Shown piece by piece: positions 9,577 to 16,831 of a stretch of DNA of 16,926 nucleotides; position 1 is the stretch's first letter; each line of letters begins with the position of its first letter. Below the pieces are notes generated by a model. It was given only the letters and a program-made list of their open reading frames with translations, had not been told where the DNA came from and did not search any database. The position numbers were made by a program, and so were the translations under genes. The stretch comes from Candidatus Hermodarchaeota archaeon (lineage in GTDB: Archaea; Asgardarchaeota; Lokiarchaeia; Sigyniarchaeales; SOKP01). Location of the stretch: contig JBHLLO010000067.1 in NCBI GenBank assembly GCA_048885535.1, forward strand, positions 1-16,926, read 5' to 3'.

Positions 9577-10209
9577 TTAATGTACAATTTCCTTTACTTT
9601 TTTCTTAAGAGTTTCAATTTGATTGCTGATTTCTTCGATCTGTGCTTTAATTTTCAAATATTCTTGATTATTTTCATGTAGTTTTTTAAAGATTTTTTTT
9701 GTCTCCTCTTCAGAAGCCGTACTTGTGGAATCCTTTAGCTTTTCATTTAAAATGTCAATTTCAGTTTGAAATTTTTGAAGTTCAGTATTTAATTTTTTTA
9801 AATCTTCTTCATTAGCTAGTATTTCTTGGAATAATATTTCATTTACATCCATATCCATGATATCTTCGATTCTTTTTAGGTATCTTCTGATAGCACTTAT
9901 TTTCAATTCTTTATCTTCTTCTTTCTTAAAAAATAATGCTATATTACTATCCTCTCCAAGCTTTAATATTATCGAGGACATATCTTCTGTTTCGAAAATA
10001 AGTTTTTTATATTCTTCAGCTTCTATTTTACAAAGTTCATATAACTTTTGCATATGATGTAATGCTTGAGCTAAATTTTCACCCAATTTTGGTATATTTA
10101 TTTCTGACCCAAAGGTTGTTTGAAAAATAGTTCCATTATTATAAAACATTACAATATGGATTACTTCTGGTAAGGCACTTTTTATTCGATTAAAATTTTT
10201 GAAAACTAT
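9577..10209 (-). CDS. Roadblock/LC7-like domain plus C-terminal coiled coil (210 aa if started at ATA 10209; the track starts it at ATG 10149)
   Basis: The frame stays open upstream of 10149 to give (M)VFKNFNRIKSALPEVIHIVMFYNNGTIFQTTF, a helix plus beta-hairpin pattern typical of Roadblock/MglB. Heptad-rich E/K/L C-terminal half. AAGGTGA at 10223-10217. The fold call is from pattern recognition only. Confidence 0.6.
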   Translation of the reverse strand: MVFKNFNRIKSALPEVIHIVMFYNNGTIFQTTFGSEINIPKLGENLAQALHHMQKLYELCKIEAEEYKKLIFETEDMSSIILKLGEDSNIALFFKKEEDKELKISAIRRYLKRIEDIMDMDVNEILFQEILANEEDLKKLNTELQKFQTEIDILNEKLKDSTSTASEEETKKIFKKLHENNQEYLKIKAQIEEISNQIETLKKKVKEIVH

Positions 10210-10258
10210 TTTTTAATCACCTTATATGTACAGTATTACTATAGCAAGTTAGATTTTA

Positions 10259-10702
10259 TCACTTTTCCTTATAGAAAGAGGCTTTTTTTAAAATATCTGT
10301 TAGTTCATTAATGGAATAGCCTTTATTTTCTAATCCTAATATCACATTTGTGAATCCAAGGGCACTAATAAGGTCTTTCTGATTTTCTTTTGATAATTCG
10401 ATACTAATCTCTGATGGTAAAGATATTTCACGATATACGATCTCATTAAGTTCTAAAAATCTAGGGAAAATAAACTTTTCTACTTTTTCACTAAATTTAG
10501 AAGATATTGAAGGAGAAACTGACATTAAATCTATTGCCTCTACAAATACGCTTATTTGTTGTTTTTTTACCTTTATAAGTCCGTATTCTTTCCCTTTTTT
10601 CTTGTGTTCGCTTTTTATAAAAATAGTGTCCCCTTTGAGTAAATTAAATTTGTATTCCTTGATTTCATTCATAATCACTTTGAAGTTAAACGGATATTTC
10701 AA
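10259..10702 (-). CDS. Hypothetical soluble protein
   Basis: 147-aa ORF co-oriented with its neighbours; no motif recognised. The start may instead be ATG at 10672. Confidence 0.7.
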   Translation of the reverse strand: MKYPFNFKVIMNEIKEYKFNLLKGDTIFIKSEHKKKGKEYGLIKVKKQQISVFVEAIDLMSVSPSISSKFSEKVEKFIFPRFLELNEIVYREISLPSEISIELSKENQKDLISALGFTNVILGLENKGYSINELTDILKKASFYKEK

Positions 10703-10744
10703 TTTTATTTGAAGATAATTCTTAATTATTTAATTGAGACTTAT

Positions 10745-10921
10745 TTATAATTTTAAACTTAAGCCCAAAAGAAAGATTAGAAGTAATAAGAACAGAAATC
10801 CCATTATAAAAAGTAAAAATTCATTCTCAGCTGATCGATTTTTCAATTGCTCAATGATTAGCTTTATTAATAAAACTGTTAAAATAAAAAATACTCCAAT
10901 AAACAAAAGAATTAAAAGAAT
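10745..10921 (-). CDS. Unannotated 58-aa two-TM membrane protein: (M)LLILLFIGVFFILTVLLIKLIIEQLKNRSAENEFLLFIMGFLFLLLLIFLLGLSLKL
   Basis: Manual translation: two hydrophobic stretches separated by a polar loop. It fills the gap between mobA and the 147-aa ORF in the same orientation. AGGGGTAA lies 6 nt before ATT 10921; alternative start TTG 10906. Confidence 0.7.
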   Translation of the reverse strand: MLLILLFIGVFFILTVLLIKLIIEQLKNRSAENEFLLFIMGFLFLLLLIFLLGLSLKL

Positions 10922-10942
10922 TGAAGATTACCCCTAATATAA

Positions 10943-11614
10943 TTACTCTTGATATAGTTTTGTTAATTTGAGTAGATCTATTGGACCTTTAATATTAAGT
11001 AAACTTAATAAATTTTTATCTAATGGTTGTAATTTCTCTTCGACAGAAATATAATTAATTTTCCAACTTTTATCGATCAAATTAAGTAATCCATAATTTT
11101 CAGTCAAAAGGATCTCTTTTGCTTTCTGAAAGCCTTTTTCTACTGGATATATGGCAAAATAAGGTTCTAAAAAACCATTCTTCCATCTTGGAATTAAACA
11201 TTCATAATCTACAGATTGCTTTACCATAAAATCTATTATTTCAGGTTTAATTATCGGCATATCGCAAGATAATACAAATGCTTTTTCAAAATTTTGGCGA
11301 TGTAATTCCTTAAATCCTGAATAAATGCCTAACATTGGTCGATAGATTTTAGGATGTTTAAAAATCTCACGATCATCAACAATAAAGCTAACTTCTCTTG
11401 GAAAATCGATTTCCTTACGATATTTAAAAATTTGTTCATCAGAATGAGCAACTAAGAATATATGTTGATCGAATTTAGACAATATTTCAATTTGGTGTAA
11501 TATTAGTGGCTTTCCAAATAATTCAATTACAGCTTTTTCAGTACCAAAACGAGTACTTTTCCCTCCAATAAGGATAAGGATAGCCAAATATTTTGGATCA
11601 TCTAATTTTGGCAT
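10943..11614 (-). CDS. mobA: Molybdenum cofactor guanylyltransferase (MobA-like NTP transferase)
   Basis: ILIGGKSTRFGTEKA nucleotide-binding loop, LSCDMP, LEPYFAIY and a C-terminal LNI..P.DL motif. Confidence 0.85.
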   Translation of the reverse strand: MPKLDDPKYLAILILIGGKSTRFGTEKAVIELFGKPLILHQIEILSKFDQHIFLVAHSDEQIFKYRKEIDFPREVSFIVDDREIFKHPKIYRPMLGIYSGFKELHRQNFEKAFVLSCDMPIIKPEIIDFMVKQSVDYECLIPRWKNGFLEPYFAIYPVEKGFQKAKEILLTENYGLLNLIDKSWKINYISVEEKLQPLDKNLLSLLNIKGPIDLLKLTKLYQE

Positions 11615-11717
11615 GTAATATCAGAATTCATATTGAAATTAAACTTTTATTCAAAAAATAATCCCATTTAAAAAAATCCTAATTTGATAAATTTTCTACC
11701 AATTTTAGATTAGCTTA

Positions 11718-11849
11718 TTAATCATCATCAAAATCGTCAAAATCTTCATCTTCATCCCAATCTTCCTCATCGTCAAAATCTTCATCTTCATCCCAGTCTT
11801 CCTCATCGTCATCCCAATCCTCATCTTCATCTTTTCCTAAATTATTCAT
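11718..11849 (-). CDS. Unannotated 43-aa acidic Trp/Phe-repeat peptide, copy 2: MNNLGKDEDEDWDDDEEDWDEDEDFDDEEDWDEDEDFDDFDDD
   Basis: Manual translation from ATG 11849 to tandem TAA TAA; 31/43 residues are D/E. SD-like GGAGCTGA 5 nt upstream. Shares the N-terminus MNN..LGKDE.EDWD with copy 1. Confidence 0.85.
   Translation of the reverse strand: MNNLGKDEDEDWDDDEEDWDEDEDFDDEEDWDEDEDFDDFDDD
11733..11810. repeat. 36-bp coding tandem repeat (about 2.2 copies) encoding EEDWDEDEDFDD
   Basis: 11733-11768 and 11769-11804 differ at one base, a synonymous GAT/GAC change. Confidence 0.9.
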
Positions 11850-11906
11850 ATTTCTCAGCTCCAATTTCGATTATTTTCAATATTAATTTAATATTATTGT
11901 TATATA

Positions 11907-11953
11907 TTCAAATACCAAAAGAAATAAAAATCATATATAAATGTTACCAATTT
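11907..11953 (-). promoter_or_regulatory. Archaeal BRE/TATA promoter of acidic peptide 2 (47-bp duplicated element, copy 2)
   Basis: Minus strand AAATTGGTAACA-TTTATATA-TGATTTTTATTTCTTTTGGTATTTGAA. Two mismatches versus 7819-7865; one falls in the W position of TTTATAWA. Confidence 0.75.
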
Positions 11954-12381
11954 GTTGGATAATTAATTATTGAAATTTGAGATTTTACTTGATAGTTGTA
12001 AATTTAGTAAAAAAGTAATAAATGCTTTATTCTGGTTTTATTTAATTAAACCTATATTAAGTGTGAGTTTAAGTTAAAACAATTAAATAAACACTACTAA
12101 TTATCGACTTTTGGAGATATTTGGGATCCAGAAATCAATTAAAGTTGTTTACTATTTAATAAGCCAAAATAAAAAATTTTAAATAATTGACATACTTCAT
12201 TTAAATCTAACATTTTACAAATTTTAAGTACTTTATAAACGTTAAGAAAAAAAGCAAATGAATAAAAATTCATCCACAGCTAATGAATTAACTATTTTTA
12301 ATGTTGATATTATTCAAAGCTTAGTTGTAAACTTTATAATAAAAACAGATCAACTAAATAAATCTAGATAAGATTATTAAA

Positions 12382-14307
12382 ATGTTAAAACAAAATAATT
12401 CAGGAATTAAAAAGTCATCTGGGACCAAAAAGGAGACCCTAAAACCCATTTGTCTTGGACCAGTTTCAAACTTAGAAGAATTTGTAAAAAAAGATTGGTG
12501 GAAAAATATCTTTAACGCTTATTACTTGAAGACCGACGGTGATGTAGTTGAGGACCAGAATATTACATCCACAGAAATAGATATATTTTCTAAAATTTTA
12601 GAAATTCGCCCTGAACAAAATATTTTAGATCTTTGCTGTGGGCAAGGTAGACATTCAATCGAATTAGCTAAAAGAGGGTATGAAAATGTGGAAGGGATTG
12701 ATCGATCACGATATTTGATACAAAAAGCTAAAAATACTGCTAAAAAATTTGGATTAATAGTAAAATTTCGAGAAGGAGATGCACGTAAATTAATTTATCC
12801 ACCAGATAGTTTTGATTTTATTACAATATTAGGAAATAGTTTTGGCTATTTTGAATCTATAAATGATGATTATCTAGTATTAAAAGAAACATTTCGGACA
12901 TTAAAACCATGGGGTAAAGTATTAATTGACATTACAGATGGAGAATATCTAAGGGATAATTTCCAACCACGCTCATGGGAATGGATTGATAAGAATTATT
13001 TTGTTTGCCGTGAACGTTCATTATCTTTAGATAAACAGAGGTTAATTTCTCGAGAGGTTATAAGTCATGTTAATAAAGGCGTGTTGGTAGATCAATTTTA
13101 TGCTGAAAGACTCTATTCTAAAGAAAATATTTCAAATATTTTGGAAAAAGCAGGTTTCAGCGATATTACATTTCATGGAACAATTACTCCAGATTCTCAA
13201 AGACAACAAGATTTAGGAATGATGGAAAGAAGAATAATTGTAACTGCCACTGCTAAAAAGGATTGGACAGAAACCACAAAAAAAGCATCAGCCACATTGA
13301 AGAATGTGGCAGTTATATTCGGTGATCCTAATAAACCAGATACATTAAAACCATCTACAATTTTTGATGATGATGATTTCTACACAATTGATCAATTAAA
13401 ATCCGCATTGAAACAATTAAAAGAATATAACTTTGTATATTTAAATAATCATGACACTTTAATTCATGATTTAGAGAAGTTGAGGGGAAAAGTTGATTAT
13501 ATCTTTAATTTGTGTGATGAAGGTTATTCTAATGACCCTCGGAAAGAATTACATATACCAGCACTCTTAGAAATTTTAAAATTTCAATATACTGGTTCTA
13601 ACCCTCAATGTTTAGCATTTTGTTATGATAAATCGTTAATTAGGGGTATTGCAAGGGATCTTGATATACCTGTACCAGAATCAATATTCGTAAAACCAGA
13701 AGAAAAAATCATAGACCTACCATTATATTTCCCTGCCATAGTCAAACCTAATTTTGGAGATTCTAGTTTCGGAATTACCCAAAATAGCGTAGTTGAAAAT
13801 GGTGAACAACTATTGAACGCAATAAGGGATATCAGAGATAAATTTGGATACGATAAACCAATTTTAATCGAACAATTTCTTCCTGGTAAAGATTTATCAG
13901 TAGGGATTATAGGAAATCCTCCATATGATTATATTATACTTCCGATAATAGAAGAAGATTATTCAAGCTTACCGCAAGACTTACCAAAGATATGTGGATA
14001 TGAAGCAAAATGGCTACCGGATTCTCCTTATTGGAATATTAAATCAGTTCCTGCTAAGCTTCCTGATGATGTAATCCAGATAATTGAGAACTCCTCTTTA
14101 AAGTTATTCATCCGATTGGAATGTAAAGATTATACGCGTTTTGATTGGAGGTTGGATGGTGATGGAAATCCAAAACTTTTAGAAGTAAATCCAAACCCAG
14201 GATGGTGTTGGGATGGACATCTAGCAAAGATGGCAAAGCTTGCAGGTCTTTCATATAAAGATATGTTAGCTAAAATCTTAACCTCTGCTGAAAAAAGATT
14301 TATATAG
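12382..14307 (+). CDS. Class I SAM methyltransferase fused to a D-Ala-D-Ala-ligase-like ATP-grasp amide ligase
   Basis: N-terminal half: ILDLCCGQGRH, GIDRS, GDARKL, GNSFGYF. C-terminal half: YTGS..CYDK, IVKPNFGDSSFGI, IEQFLPG, RFDWR, LEVNPNPG. Confidence 0.9.
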   Translation: MLKQNNSGIKKSSGTKKETLKPICLGPVSNLEEFVKKDWWKNIFNAYYLKTDGDVVEDQNITSTEIDIFSKILEIRPEQNILDLCCGQGRHSIELAKRGYENVEGIDRSRYLIQKAKNTAKKFGLIVKFREGDARKLIYPPDSFDFITILGNSFGYFESINDDYLVLKETFRTLKPWGKVLIDITDGEYLRDNFQPRSWEWIDKNYFVCRERSLSLDKQRLISREVISHVNKGVLVDQFYAERLYSKENISNILEKAGFSDITFHGTITPDSQRQQDLGMMERRIIVTATAKKDWTETTKKASATLKNVAVIFGDPNKPDTLKPSTIFDDDDFYTIDQLKSALKQLKEYNFVYLNNHDTLIHDLEKLRGKVDYIFNLCDEGYSNDPRKELHIPALLEILKFQYTGSNPQCLAFCYDKSLIRGIARDLDIPVPESIFVKPEEKIIDLPLYFPAIVKPNFGDSSFGITQNSVVENGEQLLNAIRDIRDKFGYDKPILIEQFLPGKDLSVGIIGNPPYDYIILPIIEEDYSSLPQDLPKICGYEAKWLPDSPYWNIKSVPAKLPDDVIQIIENSSLKLFIRLECKDYTRFDWRLDGDGNPKLLEVNPNPGWCWDGHLAKMAKLAGLSYKDMLAKILTSAEKRFI

Positions 14308-14494
14308 AAATAAAATTTGGTTGCTTGCCCTTTTTAATTTAATCTTCTCAATGCTAAAACAATACATTTATATATTCGAATTGTCTTGAAATACAAGTTT
14401 AGAAGGAAAAATTCCAACGTTTGATTGTTTAAAAATTAAACAATTCTAAATCAATTAAAATTAATTAATAAAACAAAGCAAAGTGAATAATAAC

Positions 14495-15532
14495 ATGACC
14501 GAATTAGAAGTAATCAAGAAACTTGCTACTCAAATTTTAAATTCAGATGGAATGGAAATAGTTGATCCAATTGTATTAGAAGAAATATCATTTGTCCCGA
14601 TTATCAAGCATGAAATTCCAAAAGAAGATAGAGATTATTTAACTCTTTCCGAAGCATTAGAAGTTGGAGTATGTGAAATTATAGATAAGGGTACTGAAGT
14701 ATCTCACATCCTTTTTAAAAATAATGGTGAATTTCCCATTCTCATTGAAGAGGGGGATATATTCTTAGGACAAGGAACACAAGATAGAATATCTGTAGGA
14801 ACTGTGATGGTTGAAGTCAAAGCCGTAGAAGAAATCAGTGTTAAATGTGTGCATGCCCCTCATTATCTTTCTCCAAATGCTAATTTTTCATATGGTGGAA
14901 AAGCCAGTCGTGGGATGTTATACGAGATGCGTTCACTCAAGTTCAATAGTGCCATTAAGGGTTATGGAGCTTCAGGTATAAATCAATCAAAAATATGGAA
15001 AAAAGTGAATGAGGAGATGTCAAGTGAAAAATCTGTTGAAGATCAAACTAAATATACTTCAGGTATATCTTCGAGAAGAAAAAAAGTGATGAAAAGAAGT
15101 AAGCAATTAAATTTTCCAAGAAACACTATTGGAGTTGTTGTTGTTGATTCTTTAGGAAAGATCAAAGGAGTAGAAATTCATAGATCTCCTAATAATTTCA
15201 ACGTCCGAAAAAATACAATCCTTGAATCTGTGGAAACTAATGTGAATTGGGAAGCAACTGGTAAGGGTCCATTCTCAAACGCTAAAGAAAAAGCGAAGAA
15301 ACTATTTCAGAAAATATCAAAACTCAAAAAAGGCAAGGATACGCTAAAACAAACTGAGTTGGAGGGATTAATCATCAATTCAGAAGGCCTTCAAGGAGAA
15401 GCGTTCACATCTGCCTTTTATTCAACAATGTGCCCATCATGCTATAAATCTAAACCAAGAACACAGGAATGTCCTAGTTGTGGATTTTTAGAAGAGGCAC
15501 CAGATGACTTTACTTACATGAGTCTTTTTTAA
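14495..15532 (+). CDS. ARPP-1 (DUF6569)-like domain protein with a C-terminal zinc ribbon
   Basis: YLTLSEAL, N..PILIEEGDIFLG..QDRI, VKCV and QSKIW..V resemble the ARPP-1/DUF6569 pattern (recognised from memory). CPSC..CPSCG near the C-terminus. The track's GTG at 14483 lies inside the SD-like AAGTGA, so ATG 14495 is preferred. Confidence 0.7.
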   Translation: MTELEVIKKLATQILNSDGMEIVDPIVLEEISFVPIIKHEIPKEDRDYLTLSEALEVGVCEIIDKGTEVSHILFKNNGEFPILIEEGDIFLGQGTQDRISVGTVMVEVKAVEEISVKCVHAPHYLSPNANFSYGGKASRGMLYEMRSLKFNSAIKGYGASGINQSKIWKKVNEEMSSEKSVEDQTKYTSGISSRRKKVMKRSKQLNFPRNTIGVVVVDSLGKIKGVEIHRSPNNFNVRKNTILESVETNVNWEATGKGPFSNAKEKAKKLFQKISKLKKGKDTLKQTELEGLIINSEGLQGEAFTSAFYSTMCPSCYKSKPRTQECPSCGFLEEAPDDFTYMSLF

Positions 15533-15580
15533 ATAAAGGAATTAACTAAAGTTAACTATTCTAAGTTTTTTTCCATATAT

Positions 15581-16690
15581 TCATTTAAAGAAATCTAAAA
15601 TTAGAAACACAAACTCCATTAAGAAAATAAAAGTTAATAATATCTCAACATATACAAGAAAACGCTCATTAGTATTTGTTTGAGCAACATTATAAATATT
15701 ACCAAAAGTTTCAATTCTTTGTCGAATAGATTCGCTCCATTGTTTCAATTCAAATAATTGAGCTAATTTTTTATAAATTTGAGCCAAAAAGTAGTCACCA
15801 ATAAATTTTGAGACATTTGCAATATTTTCTAAAACAAAAGTTAGATCGTAGCGTAATCTAAGTAAATTTCCTATTTTTCGGTTTAGTTTCCTACCTAAGG
15901 TCCTGCTTTTAAAATATATTTTGCGAATATCCTCTTCAACAATAGCTAAGCGTTTATCTAATAGATAATCTAAAGTTCTTAATTCAAGTAATTGATAATT
16001 AGCAATTTCTACAACTAATAAAATATCCTCATAATCGTGATTTGGATCAATGATTAATCCTCTATCGAAATCAAAAATTATTAGATCATTTTTTAAGAAA
16101 GAAAAAGTATGGCTTAAAGTAGAATCGACTTGATATCTATTAAGATTTAAATTAGGTTTTTCTCCCATTAAAAGATTTGCAAGGTAATTTTTGTTAATCT
16201 CTATAAATTCTTGGGGGTTTTCTATATCATCAAATAAACAATAAAGGACATATTTTTCTTGTTTGAAACTCTTAATCAAATAATCTTGTTCTTCAATATA
16301 ATTTTTAATTTGGTTATAGACTTTATTGAATTGAAACTCTAAAAATTGGTTAACTTTAAAATCCCCTTCATTAGTAGAAAATGAGGTTTTTCTCAGAATA
16401 TGTAAATTCTTTAATGGTATTTCTTTGAACTTAATTCTCGCAATAAGTGAAACTACACCATCTTCATACAATTTTATTTGAAGTTCGATTTCATTTATAT
16501 ATTTCGATTCTGAGTATATATCCTGAGTTAATTCTAATTTTAAAGGTTCAGGAACACTGACATAAGAAGGAGTATCTTTTGTTTTAATTGTTTGTTTATC
16601 TGGAATACCTGGAAATATCTTTTTGGCTTTATTTAGATCAATACTACGCCCTACGTCTGTTAACCTAAGAAAAATCACTTCTCCATTCAA
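15581..16690 (-). CDS. RMD1/DUF155-related protein with a single C-terminal TM helix
   Basis: DVGRSIDL, KLYEDGVVSL, EIANYQLLELRTLDYLLD, IGDYFLAQIY..L...FEL..W, and a terminal VEILLTFIFLMEF anchor. Family call is from pattern memory. TTG start. Confidence 0.6.
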   Translation of the reverse strand: MNGEVIFLRLTDVGRSIDLNKAKKIFPGIPDKQTIKTKDTPSYVSVPEPLKLELTQDIYSESKYINEIELQIKLYEDGVVSLIARIKFKEIPLKNLHILRKTSFSTNEGDFKVNQFLEFQFNKVYNQIKNYIEEQDYLIKSFKQEKYVLYCLFDDIENPQEFIEINKNYLANLLMGEKPNLNLNRYQVDSTLSHTFSFLKNDLIIFDFDRGLIIDPNHDYEDILLVVEIANYQLLELRTLDYLLDKRLAIVEEDIRKIYFKSRTLGRKLNRKIGNLLRLRYDLTFVLENIANVSKFIGDYFLAQIYKKLAQLFELKQWSESIRQRIETFGNIYNVAQTNTNERFLVYVEILLTFIFLMEFVFLILDFFK

Positions 16691-16831
16691 ATTAGTTCAA
16701 GTTCTTCTTCATTATATATATAATAAAATCTATACTTAGCATAAATTAGAATTTTTCCACAGCTTTAATTAAATAATTTTTTATTATTGATTAATTTCTA
16801 TATTTATTATTTATCTAAACAGTGATTCGCC

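Noticed and set aside
663-10057. Short track ORFs at 663-875, 2380-2592, 2962-3201, 3393-3620, 4008-4220, 6288-6506 and 9857-10057
   Set aside because: All lie wholly antisense within longer, better-supported genes and show no recognisable motif; treated as shadow ORFs.
10734-10937. 67-aa plus-strand ORF in the track
   Set aside because: Its K/N/I/R-rich composition is the antisense image of the hydrophobic minus-strand ORF at 10745-10921, which fits the local gene orientation and has an RBS.
7642-11810. The 30-36 bp repeats as a CRISPR array or non-coding satellite
   Set aside because: There are no unique spacers and no cas genes. Units are codon-phased with synonymous variation inside ORFs that have a start, RBS and promoter.
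7623-11953. Direct repeats as att sites or ends of a 4-kb mobile element
   Set aside because: No integrase, transposase or tRNA is present and the enclosed genes look housekeeping. The repeats are better explained as paralogous gene-plus-promoter units.
13280-14307. Calling the ATP-grasp domain ddl (peptidoglycan synthesis)
   Set aside because: It is fused to a methyltransferase, has no cell-wall gene context, and sits among archaeal-type expression signals.
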